A stretch of 51,981 nucleotides of DNA, filler included, from Dirinaria sp. TL-2023a (Eukaryota), in the NCBI GenBank assembly GCA_051941275.1. It is 3 parts of 3 records of this genome, joined end to end, with 100 filler letters (N's around TTAATTAATTAA, not from the genome) between each part and the next. Parts side by side here need not be neighbours in the genome. Positions count along the whole stretch, not along the records: positions 1 to 17,278 come from JAVEBF010000438.1; positions 17,379 to 34,638 come from JAVEBF010000439.1; 1 more part is not named here. One strand, 5' to 3'. Made by a program: the position numbers and the translations under genes. The notes below the pieces were generated by a model. The model made no database searches. It worked only from the letters and a program-made list of their open reading frames with translations, and was not told the origin of the DNA. Shown in pieces: positions 13,071 through 23,870 of the stretch; position 1 is the first letter of the stretch; each line of letters starts with the position of its first letter.

Positions 13071-13277
13071 GTTGGTTTAGTGTGATGAGGAGCGAACGGA
13101 GTGTTCAAGTTTTCATCTTAGTGTAGATAGTTAAAGAGATACCAAACCTGTTCCATGCTGCCACAGCAGCTTCTTCCGTTTAGACGGGTCTACTTATCTG
13201 ACGAAGCTGGTGATATAGCGAGTTTCAATTTTAAGCAATTTCGTCACCATACGAGTGCACTTCTTTGGAGCCAATTT

Positions 13278-14135
13278 TTATTCTCTTCTATGTACGAATC
13301 TAAATGTCGGCGTTGAGGGGATTTGGTGTTTCAATCTCGAACTAAGTAGCAGCATATTCGGCTTACCAAATGCCTTAATGTGTGCTCGAGATTCCTCCAC
13401 TGTACGGGTTCTCTGGAGCATACGATCGCATTTCACCTGCATCTTTTCCGGGCAAATTCGATTCCACTGCTGCCTTAATTCCTCTTCTGATCTCGGAGGG
13501 CGGGGCTTTTCCTCACCCGGGAAGATCCTGCCTTCAAACTTGACGTTGAAGTCACGAGTAATTCCAGCCCAAGAGCGAAGTTTCTGTCTCGCTTTCAGAC
13601 TAAGCCCGAGCCGCTGTGCTTTGAGTTTCGCGTAGGCTTGCAACAGGTATTCATTTTCTGTGGAGGACCATTCTTGCTGCACAAATTCGAGACCAGTACC
13701 CAGATAGTGTTTAAAGATCGTGTTCCGCCATCGATTCAGTGCTCGCACACTCTCGCTACTGGAGAACTCGACACGTAGAGGATACACGAGGATAAGGTCC
13801 AAGGGATTAGGGTGATCATTGCAACCATCGTATATCTGGTTGGCTCCAGTGCCAAATTCTGAGCCGTAAAAGTTTCGCAGCGGTATCTTGACTTTTGAGT
13901 CGTCGTTATGATTCAGAAGCGCTGCGGACTTATCAATACTAGCATTCATCCACTTTATAACCTCGTGTCTCGCCAAATGATTATTTCGGAGCTCGAACAT
14001 TTCATCAGAGAGCTCCGTGTCGGAATCACTCGTATCGTGAGACACGGTCGGATTAGAGACACGAGGTATTTGCAAAACGGGCCTCAGGTTTGGACTGCCG
14101 GTCTCCTCCGACTTGATAGACCAAAGGCGTAGCAT
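13278..14135 (-). CDS. Hypothetical protein with C-terminal Myb/SANT-like segment; 5' exons probably extend further upstream (to about 14440)
   Basis: 285-aa ORF with WSSTENEYLL...SWAGITRDFNVKFEG...PRPPRSEEELRQQW, a spaced three-Trp pattern resembling fungal Myb-like domains. Confidence 0.55.
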   Translation of the reverse strand: MLRLWSIKSEETGSPNLRPVLQIPRVSNPTVSHDTSDSDTELSDEMFELRNNHLARHEVIKWMNASIDKSAALLNHNDDSKVKIPLRNFYGSEFGTGANQIYDGCNDHPNPLDLILVYPLRVEFSSSESVRALNRWRNTIFKHYLGTGLEFVQQEWSSTENEYLLQAYAKLKAQRLGLSLKARQKLRSWAGITRDFNVKFEGRIFPGEEKPRPPRSEEELRQQWNRICPEKMQVKCDRMLQRTRTVEESRAHIKAFGKPNMLLLSSRLKHQIPSTPTFRFVHRRE

Positions 14136-15298
14136 TACTGTTCAACAAAACCTATGGTTATTCCGTGGCCTTGTAGATGTGGCCAAAATATATCCAAAGC
14201 ATTCCACGAGCCCATGGTATAGGTCTCAGTCTTCTCTTCTGCTGGAGATCCTATAACTCATCTTTGTACCATGGGTATGCGAGACTCATCAGTGCGTCAA
14301 CATGGGATTTTTCGCCCATGGGCTTGACACACAATCTCCATAGACTGGTACGATGACGAATCCGGTGATACTCCATGCCAAATCACCAAAACCCCTTTCA
14401 CCATGAAGTATTGACAAGAAAGACGCGGCTGTGTCATGTCTTGGTTCTAGCGGCGCCAGGAGTTGACTCCTTTGGCCTTACACTAGAGGTTAACTAATTA
14501 ATTCATACTTACTGTGGCCAGATCATCACTGCCTGGCCAAAGTAACATAAGGGTCCTTCATAAGCCGTTGTTCTTCGGTGATAATGGGCCGTAGCCGAGG
14601 AGATAAGTTGCTTAAGATACCTTTCAGAAATAGCTTACCACGACATGACTGGGCGCTATACCTAGTACCTTGAAGAGTCAAAGGCTAGGAAATACAAATT
14701 AGAGCTAATGATAGGACAAAATCAACATTGCTTGTAGTCTTGTGAGCCAGACTCTCAGCCTTTGGAGTGATTGTCAGCTAGAAGGAGCTACAAATGACTC
14801 GAAGATAGTGGATACCTTAGATCTATACGAACTACCTTACCTTGTTCCATCCCTGTCTGGACTCTGGGGGTGGAGAGGCTGAGGTTCCCGAGCAGGAAAG
14901 TTTTCTTCTTTTGGCCTAGGTAGAGACTGATACATGCCAAGACCTGCGCAGCCGAGGTCCGAGCCAGGCTTGGCAGCGCCATTCTTCAGACTGAGGGGTT
15001 GAAGATAGAGTACTTTAGCTCTTGAGGGCCACCATAAGATATCCTCTTCAAGTACACATTTAGATAGAATTTTTTTTTGAAAAGGTAAAGTAGGAGTGCA
15101 TCTCGAGCTTACTAATTGGATCCTCGGGATCCCACGGTCTTTCAGCTTCACGAAACATTGCTTATCAGTCCTTCGGCGAAGCTCTTATAAGTATAGTTTG
15201 AACTTCTCTTTATAGATTATTCTCCTCGAGATCATTTTGGTCGTCATTGAGCCTTTTTCCCGTCATTGTGAGCACGAGCTAGAAGCCCTTCCGCGAAG

Positions 15299-16662
15299 AT
15301 GTCGGCGCAATGGCCCAGTAACATTTCTCTCTGGGATAAAGTGCTCATTGCAGTTGCTCTATGCCGCGCCCGTGAGTTCTCTCGGCGCAGTCCCCTTAGA
15401 GCATACTAGAAGCTTTCTAGTCATCGCCGGTCTCTGGGCCTTCACTCTGTCCCCTTTTCGCGGGAGCTCCGGCGCGGTAGCGGTATCCACGCACGTTAAA
15501 CTCGCGATTCTCAGGACATTCTTAGACAATCTAACAACCGTCCAATTACAGTGAGCTAGCTCCAGGTCTTATACTACATGTTTGATTAGGGGAAAGCAAT
15601 CTGAATTTTGTAGATACCTGAACGTGCAGAATGGCCATACCTATAAAGCATTCGCGAAGGAAAAAGGGTTCGCACCCGAAGCTCTGACGATGGCGGATGG
15701 TACAAAGGCCCACTGGATCGGTAATCCAAGAAGCAAAATCATTCTCATTTGGTATCACGGTCTGTAGGCTCTTCCACCATTTTCGTCTGGCTGCAGTCCA
15801 CTGACCAACAGTCAGGCGGAGGATACTCTCTCCCTGCCGAAAAGGGCCACTATAGGCTTGCCTATACCGTAGTCCAACACGCAAGAGCGTCTGGAAAAGA
15901 TCTCGGCGTCCTCTTCCCTTCATACACTCTAGCACCTCAAGCGCCCTATCCACGGCAATTGCAGCAAGGCGTAGAGACGCTTCGGTACACCCTCGAACAA
16001 CTTGGACATCAGCCCAGTAACATCATGATCGGTGGCGATTCAGCAGGGGGAAATCTCGCTCTTGGGGTATTCTCACACATCCTACACCCCCATCCGACAA
16101 TCCCGGCTTTGAAACTTTCCGCTCCCTTGAAAGGCGCCGTCATCTTTGCACCGTGGGCGTCTTTCGCCACGGATACTCCGTCATTCAAGGCGAACAAAAA
16201 CAAAGATTGTCTTACAGCTTTTCTCGGGGAAACCTGGTCCGCCACTTTCGTAGGCAAAGCGGCCAGAGACAATTATAATGAGCCGATCAGGACGGACGTG
16301 GAATGGTGGAGAGGTCTGAAGGATGTCGTCAAAGAAATCTTTGTCGTAGGTGGAGCCGATGAGCTTTTAGTGGATTCGATCAAGGAAATGGCTCGAAAAC
16401 TCGAGGTGAGTGCCAGCACACCTCACCTCACATTATGATTACCTTTATCCGCGATTCTTGCCGAAGCCACCGTCGCTACTCCCTGGTGTATAACAGAATT
16501 CTGGAACTAACAGTCTTATTCTCCATACAGACCGCTCACCCACAAACGACAACCCTGATCGCCACGCGCGAATTCCACTGCCAACCAATCCAGTCAATCA
16601 TGGGTCCCGCAGAAGGCCAGCAAGCGGACGGCATCAGGGAATGGGTCACTTCAAGGCTGTAG
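15299..16662 (+). CDS. Alpha/beta hydrolase of the HSL family (Say1/Mug180 steryl acetyl hydrolase-like), 5 exons
   Basis: MSAQWPSNISLWDK start; oxyanion WYHG|GGY split by an intron; nucleophile GDSAGG; GADELLVD; terminal exon REFHCQP...WVTSRL*. Confidence 0.9.
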
Positions 16663-17040
16663 TAGTAACAAACTCACAGAGAGAGACATCGTGCGCACAC
16701 ACAGATCCTAGAAATCCGAAGAAGAGTTTGCTAGAGCATACATAGAATGTCGTTTTAGGCAAGCAAGCGAAAGAAGCGACAATAATGGATCTATCAAAGT
16801 AGAGTACATATACAACGGGTGCAGCAGCAACAAGGTAGCAGCAATCCCCGCGAAAGCCCCGAACTTTGTTCCATCGCGCGCGCCCCACCCGATTCATGTG
16901 CATACAGTACAGCTCACCACACTCATATCTCACACAGAGAATCTCTCTTTTCCTCCTTTCTAGAAGAAGCCCCATTTCCCACACCAATTCCACGCCATAA
17001 CAGCCGTAGGCCTCATGCCAGCCCGAACCCCATTCCTCCT

Positions 17041-17073
17041 CTGACTCTGACTCTGGCTCTGGCTCTGGCTCTG
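17041..17073 (+). repeat. Imperfect hexamer repeat (CTGACT/CTGGCT)n
   Basis: ctgactctgactctggctctggctctggctctg seen directly. Confidence 0.7.
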
Positions 17074-17242
17074 GGATTTCCCAGACCGGTGCAGTGTATA
17101 CCTGGAGAACAAATAAGCATTGTGCGCCCTAAACAGGGGGAGAAAGGGGGGGAAAGAAGGCGCTAAACAAAGTAAATTAAAAAAAAGGTAAAAAAGAAAA
17201 TCCACAGACATACTTCGCAAAAGCCCGACTGAGGGCTTTCTT

Positions 17243-17278
17243 TCAGCTGACTTTCTGGGCGCCGACGAAGGAGTCGAC
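17243..17278 (-). CDS. Probable 3' end (VDSFVGAQKVS*) of a gene whose body lies in the assembly gap
   Basis: 11 codons, 10 ending in G/C, then TGA, abutting the gap; pyrimidine-rich leader-like sequence on the minus strand beyond the gap (17379-17560). Confidence 0.4.
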   Translation of the reverse strand, partial: VDSFVGAQKVS

Positions 17279-17378
17279 NNNNNNNNNNNNNNNNNNNNNN
17301 NNNNNNNNNNNNNNNNNNNNNNTTAATTAATTAANNNNNNNNNNNNNNNNNNNNNNNNNNNNNNNNNNNNNNNNNNNN
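17279..17378. other. Artificial scaffold linker: 44 N + TTAATTAATTAA + 44 N
   Basis: Exactly 100 bp; the central 12-mer gives stops in all six frames; identical to 34639-34738. Confidence 0.97.
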
Positions 17379-17820
17379 GGAGGAGGAGGAGGGCTAGGGT
17401 GGAGTGGAGTGTTCTTTGGTTGAGGAAGAGGAAGGAGAGGAATGGCTAGGCTGAGGCTCGGGGGTTTATTGGTTCTTGCGGTGGAATAGTGGAGAGGGAT
17501 GACGGTGAATATGATTTGGAGTGGAGTTGGGAAGATAAGGAGATCTAGGTTCGGGAACTTTTTTTTTTTCCAAATGGTTTTGAGCGTCCTTATGCAGACT
17601 GGAGAGAGCTATTGTATCGAGTAGAGCAGTGCTGCTTTGGGAACCCAAGTTGGTTGCTTTATCTAACTCAGCTCGAAGACTTCATTCAAAGGAGGGCAAG
17701 CCTGCCGCTAGTGAGACCCGACGTGGTCCTGGTCCTAGATCGCAGCACAGATTAGTATTATTGTAGTTAGTTCGGCAACGAGAAAAAGCTGGGACTGACT
17801 TCACTGAGATGCTGATGATG

Positions 17821-18217
17821 CTAATTGATTTCCCCAAGTGCCTTGACGAATTTAGATTGAAGGTCATCCACCATGGCTACAGTTTCCTGCTTAATCTCGT
17901 TGGTGCAAGCCATGGCACGACGGAGGTTGGAGAGCGCTGCAATCAGGCAGACGGTGTCATAAGTGCGTAGGGAGCCGAACTTCGCCTTGGATAGTGTGAA
18001 AATCAAGGCGTGGGTGTTGTTGACGGCATGCTGCTTATAATTGGGAACTATATGAACGAGACGCTGTTCCAGCTCCAGCAGCTTCTGCGTACCCTCCAAG
18101 TCTTGGATCCACCCTTGCAAGTCATTCGCGAAAGTGATCTATGAAACCTCGTTAGTGGACATGCTGCAACTTATCAAGTGCAGGCATAGGTTAAGAGACA
18201 GGACTTACTTTAGTCAT
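17821..18217 (-). CDS. Small orphan protein (108 aa), 2 exons (18217-18209, 18138-17821)
   Basis: ATG ACT AAA|GTAAGT donor, CTAAC branch, TAG acceptor, splicing in frame to ITFANDLQGWIQDLEG...ALGEIN*; TATA-like TTTTATAT upstream about 18340. Confidence 0.6.
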
Positions 18218-18825
18218 GTTAACATGTACTGAGACTTTGTTGTTCTGAGAAGGTTCGTTGATAGAGAATGTGTAGGTGGGAGTTCAGCGTAGCTTGGTAA
18301 TTGAGGTTAGAAGGGGATTCCGAGGGTGATGAGAATATAAAGGCTTCTCAACTTTATTCATTCAAGATTAGGGTCATGCTTGACCCACCGTGCGGTCTAT
18401 AGAGAAGGCCAAGGAATTGTATAGTGAACGATCTGATTCAGATGGCCGTTTGGTCATCATAGCTCCTTTCACTCATCACTCTGAGATTCATTAGGATTCC
18501 AAGGCGGAGAACGCACTGTGCCTGGTCAGTGACTTTCATTATTGTGACGGACCAGTAGATGACATTGTCACTCTCGATTACGCCTGACTCGGCGTCGAGT
18601 AATCATGTAATTATTCTTGAATCGATTGCTGAGCTAATTTTGCCAGTCTATCTGACATTTCGTCGGACTTGGTCAAAAGTACAGCCACTGGGAAAGCACA
18701 GTCAATAAACGCCTCGCTCGAGATCTTCATCCGGTTCTCGCAAAAGCACAGCACAATATAAAATAATCAGAAAACGTCTTACTGAGAGCCAGGACTAGCC
18801 TTAAAGAAGTCCACAGCGCCTTTTA

Positions 18826-19942
18826 TTAATACTTCCGCGGCTTCGCTTTCTTCGCAAGCTCCTTGAGCTTCTGCTTTCTTGCTTGATGTTCGGCCTCCTT
18901 CCTTGCTTCCTCTTCATCCTCTTTCCTAGCCATTTTAGTCGCTTTCACCTCCTCTTGCTCTACGTCCGAAAAGCCAGCCTCCATGTCCTCGGACTCGTTC
19001 GAGTAGCTGTTCCGTCCTTCGGTGTCTTCGCCCTCCGTATTGTCCGAATAGTTTGCATATCGGGATCGAGGAACCTCCGCACGAGGCGTCGGCTTCTTAG
19101 TCGGAAAAGATGAAGTAGATGTGACTGACTTCATCGTACCCTTGTATGATGGCTGAGGCTTTGGCTTGGCGGTTCCTCTGTACGCAATTTCAGGCGCCTT
19201 TTTACGTTCTGGTTCTCCAGGCTTTCCCAAAGGCCGGGACATCGAGCCACTGCTCAACGACCCGGAAGAGCTCCGTGTGTGACCCTTCGACCCCCGTATT
19301 GCCTTTTGCGCTGCGAGGGCCCTTTTCCGGTTCCGCAGCAACTTACTGTCACTTATTGCATTCTTATCTTTTGCCAGATGCTTTATAGTACCAATGGCCG
19401 GGGGAGCTTCCTGGGCAGTTTTTGCTCGAGCCATGATCTCCGCAAATGATCCTTTCTTCGGCGCTTTGACCCCATCGGCTGAAGTAATGGTGGTTAGAGC
19501 TGGAGCTGGGGGAGCGGATGCTGGCGTCGTTTTCGCCGCACGGTGGGGTAGAGATGGAGTCGAGGATGCGGGTGGTGCATTTGGGGCTTTCTTTGCCTGA
19601 ACGGATTGCTGTGAGGTTGCGTATGGTGACACCAGCGAGCTAGTGCCACGGTATCCATTTCCTTTCAATGCCTTATCGTTTGGCCTTGGCAATGCATCTT
19701 CTGCTTTTCGCTTTTTGTCTGAGGGGGCAGCTTGTGCCTTTGAGGAAGCGCCGTTGCGCTGAACACTGGGTTTTTGGCTGGTAGGAGCTGGTTCTGAACA
19801 TGGCAGTGATGAGAGTGGTGGCGAAGGCACAGCATCCTTGTTGCCAATGGAACCGATGACTGAATTAAGGAACTGGGACGTAGTGTTAGCGTCTGAGCGC
19901 AACTTTGAAGCTGCGCTGGGCATGTCTATGACTCACACTCAT
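18826..19942 (-). CDS. SPT2: SPT2 chromatin protein / histone chaperone
   Basis: Micro-exon ATG AGT, intron 19936-19873, then FLNSVIGSIG; KKGSFAEIMARAK and C-terminal SPT2 motif SEDMEAGFSDVEQEEVKATKMARKEDEEEA. Confidence 0.88.
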
Positions 19943-20246
19943 GCTTGTTGAAGAAATTGGTTCTCTGTCACTGCTGTCTCTGGAAAATCGCGGTGGGGCA
20001 AAGAGTAACAGCTTTGCAATGTTGGGAAGCCAACTTGGTATTGGGAACTTGAGCGTTGCAATGAGGGAAGAAGAAAGATCAAGAGCAAAAGAACAATGAG
20101 AGACTTTATAACCCTGAGGATGAAACGGGTGTTGGAAATGAATAAGGCAGCGGGAAAAGCTAGCAATGATGTGAATTATAGAAGCGCCTTGTATTAGAAA
20201 ATCAAAGAAACACACTTTCCATTATCGCGCAATTATTGTGAGGCTC

Positions 20247-20254
20247 CAGTCACA
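20247..20254 (+). promoter_or_regulatory. Homol-D box CAGTCACA upstream of RPP2
   Basis: Exact match to the Homol-D ribosomal protein promoter element described in S. pombe; Homol-E-like ACCCTACCC at 20315-20323. Confidence 0.55.
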
Positions 20255-20571
20255 TGTCGCCCACTAAACACCATTAGACCGGAGACTAGGGAGGAGCAAG
20301 GGGGCTGCTAGGCGACCCTACCCGCCTTTAGCGTCTCCCACAAGCTCCCACAATATATCTCTCTAACTGCCTCACTCGATTCACACCTGAGTCACATTTC
20401 CCAACAAAAGAACTCGACGTTTCAGTCTCCGCCTGGCGGTTAAATTGATTGACTCTCCTGTTCGAACAATAAGAAATCTCAAAGTGAGTGCCGACAGATA
20501 TTCCAGATCCATCCAAACCTCCATCCAAATTATCCACGTCCCGCGTCTGAAAATCAGCCAGATCATCCACA

Positions 20572-20972
20572 ATGAAGCACCTTGCAGCTTACCTACTCCT
20601 CGGCCTCGGAGGCAACACCTCCCCCTCGGCAGCTGACGTCACGGGTGTCCTCGAGTCTGTGGGCATCGAAGCAGACAGCGAGCGCTTGGACAAGTTGATT
20701 GACGAACTCAAGGGCAAGGATCTACAACAGGTAGGCAGCCTGCCAGAGCGGTGATACATCCAATCCCAGTGCTGACAGAACCTACTCAGTTGATCGCCGA
20801 AGGGTCCTCCAAGCTTGCGTCGGTGCCATCTGGAGGGGGAGGTGGTGGTGCCGCTCCTGCTGCGGCCGCTGGCGGCGGCGCTGCACCAGCAGAAGAGAAA
20901 AAGGAAGAGAAGAAGGAAGAGGAGAAGGAAGAGGAATCTGATGAGGACATGGGCTTTGGTCTGTTCGACTAG
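20572..20972 (+). CDS. RPP2: 60S acidic ribosomal protein P2
   Basis: [20 protein letters not shown]..., intron 20731-20789, [10 protein letters not shown]-terminal [13 protein letters not shown]; probable 5'UTR intron from GTGAGT at 20484. Confidence 0.98.
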
Positions 20973-21315
20973 GCGACTGTTAATCCACAGTGTTAAGTAT
21001 GCAAAGGCTTAAGTAGGTCTACTGCTTGTCGCAATAAGTAGGCAGCTAGCCAATTACACTTGGCCTGATATAATCTGCGATATATGACTCGTGACCCGCT
21101 ACGAATGCAGTGAGAGGCCATACAATGTTTATGCGTGACTGATTTTCGTCGCTGAAGTAGTGTCCTTCTCAAAATCCCTTAATGATATGAAACCCCACTA
21201 GCACCTCGCTTAGTTAGCTCGCTCCACGAACCCCATCAAGCCGCTGCCAAACCTACGATAACAACTTCCATCACCATCACTGCATCTGAAGCCCAGTCAA
21301 ATTCAGATCGCAATC

Positions 21316-21991
21316 ATGGCCGATGCAGACTACGTAAGCACCTCCCTACCCTACAACTTTCATCAAGAAAGTCGAATTGACTAACCAAAACCCCAAACCA
21401 CAGAACGCCGAGGAGGCCGCTGGTAAAACCACCCACTCCACCACCATCAAAGGCAACATAAAACCAATAAAAGAACTAACCAGCATCCCAAAACAGAGTT
21501 GAAGAAGAAGAGAACCTTCCGCAAATTCTCCTACCGAGGGATCGATCTTGACCAGTATGGTCCCCCTTCCCCTCCCCTTTCCATCCATGAACCCCATCTC
21601 TAAAAACTCCCACGCACAAAACAGACTCCTGGACCTCTCCTCCGAACAACTCCGAGACGTCGTGCACGCGCGCGCGCGGCGCCGCTTCAACCGCGGCCTC
21701 AAACGCAAGCCGATGGGCCTGATCAAGAAACTCCGAAAAGCGAAGCAGGAAGCGAAGCCGAACGAGAAACCGGATCTGGTGAAGACGCATCTGCGGAACA
21801 TGATCGTCGTGCCCGAGATGATCGGGTCCGTGATCGGGATTTACAGCGGGAAGGAATTCAACCAGGTCGAGATCAAACCGGAGATGGTGGGGTTTTATTT
21901 GGGCGAGTTTTCGATCAGTTATAAACCTGTGAAACACGGGCGTCCTGGGATCGGGGCGACGCATAGTTCGAGGTTTATTCCGTTGAAGTAG
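21316..21991 (+). CDS. RPS15: 40S ribosomal protein S15 (uS19), 4 exons
   Basis: [41 protein letters not shown]...[19 protein letters not shown]. Confidence 0.98.
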
Positions 21992-22534
21992 GGGGGAATG
22001 GTTGGATGGGAGGAAGGGGGGATGTGGAAGTGGAAGTGGAAAGACAAGATGGAAGTACTTTAGACAGATCAGAATGCATGGGATGCTTTTGAGCATTTCA
22101 GACTCTTTGAGGGTCTTGGTCTTGCTTCGTCGTCAATGGGCTCTGCACCGCCATCCGTTTATGCTCAAGTCGAACGATCTGTGCCTAATGTTTCCAAACC
22201 CCTTGCCTTCAGCACCAAATTCCATTCTCATTGTTCTACAAGTCCATTATGATTGGCTTTCAGAGTCGGCCATGTTTACGAGGTAAATCTTGTTGGATTG
22301 AAAGGCCTTCCCCCCACAGATCAACGACTGAAAAGGTAAAGATAGGAACTAGTAACGCGATAGTCCTTAATTCCCACAGAATATATACCAATTTAGTCGG
22401 ATAGGATGCGTAAGTGGCTCTAAAATACAGCACAAAACTTTTGCATGCGATACTCGTAGCCCTAGGGCGGCGCAAAGACTCGATCACGAACTCATACTTA
22501 GCCATTACAGATTTGAGGATCAGAGCCGTGGTCA

Positions 22535-23870
22535 TCATATCGGCACTGTCAAAGGGCACATTGTCCTAGTAAGGTGTCAGCACGTACTCCAAGGGTTCTC
22601 CGATATCCTAGGCAAGGAGTTTTTCAGAGTAGAGGTGAACGATCATCGAGAGACTTACGATGCACCACCATCCACAACTAAATTAGCTCCGGTCATGTAA
22701 CTGCTGAAGCCGCTTGCCAAGAAACCCGCTACGCGGGCGACTTCGGTGGGTAAGCCTGAGCGTTCGAGACCAATATTCTGCTTCTGGAACTAGATGGTCT
22801 CTTCTCAGTAACAGATTGGGAGCATGAAAAGGGTATTCAAAGAGGGCTTACTTCCTTCGATTGCAAACTGGCCGGAGGTAGCTGTGAGCTCATGCCTTTC
22901 ATATCCATTTCTTTGAGGTCAACCCCAACATCAATTTGGCCAGGTGATATACAGTTGATTCGGACGTCCGTGCCTGCGTTAATTCTTTATTAGCAACACC
23001 ATCTCGTAGGTGCTTCAGGGCTGATCTACCTTTTAGAACAGCCACGCCAGCTCTGACGACCCCCAGTGCGGCATGCGAGCTCATTGTATAGCATGGGCCC
23101 CAACATCCTAATGCAAACGACATCAGCCCCTAAGTCTATTTTTGCCTCCTAAAGTGCATGTATCCCACGCACCTCCATAAGTACTAGCCACACTGCTCAC
23201 TACCACAATGCTCCCGTACTTGGCATCCTTAGGCGCCGCATTCGGGTACTGGCCCTTCGGCGTTAACTTGCCCATTGCAGGCGGCGCATACTTGAGAGCA
23301 AAGAACGGTGCAAGGCTGTTAGCCTCGAAGCATTTCTGCAGATCGTCCGGTGTTGTTGCGTCGATAGAGGGCGGGCCGAGGAGGCCGGAAGATGTGACCC
23401 AGACATCCAGACGCCCCCAAGCGTTCAGCACGTCGTCGATGAGAACAAGCGTTGCTTGTTCGTCAGAAAGTGAAAGGGGGTAGGGTATTATTTTCGTATT
23501 CGGGTACGACGTGGATAGCGTAGAGATGAGATGAGAAGGATCTTCGTTTGAAGAGCGAGTACATGCTGTTGACATTGAGCACCGTGCTGTGTAGAAGAGA
23601 GCATCGAGTCACCATAGATACAAGCCGCGCCGTGTGCTAGGAGGCCGGATTAGAGTACAACAGTGATCCAAACCGCTCGGTGGTTAGGCGTACCAGCCAG
23701 CTCATGAACAATAGCTTGACCGATGGGTTGCATTGAGCCTGTCACAACGCAGATAAAGCCGTACTATATTTGCCTCAGTCAACGAAGTGTGAGAATGGGA
23801 TCCATTGTCGTACCAGCTTGCCATCCGACCGGTATGGAGAGAATGGAGAGGAGTCATCTAAATTTGCCAT
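22535..23870 (-). CDS. Atypical short-chain dehydrogenase/reductase (3-oxoacyl-ACP reductase-like), multi-exon
   Basis: MANLDDSSPFSPYRSDGKL|YGFICVVTGSMQPIG; WGRLDVWV; SIVVVSSVA; VRINCISPG; GLERSGLPTEVARVAGFLASGFSSYMTGANLVVDGGAS|TMCPLTVPI*. Confidence 0.85.

Noticed and set aside
17323..17334. TTAATTAATTAA palindrome repeated at 34683-34694 as a biological repeat or insertion site
   Set aside because: Centred in identical 44N flanks: a synthetic six-frame stop linker used to join contigs.
21661..21678. (CG)n alternating tract as a Z-DNA element
   Set aside because: Explained by the VHARAR codons of RPS15 in a GC3-rich exon.
1646..23870. Two SDRs and a hydrolase as a secondary metabolite cluster
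   Set aside because: No PKS, NRPS, terpene synthase, cluster transporter or Zn2Cys6 regulator; the genes are interspersed with core genes.
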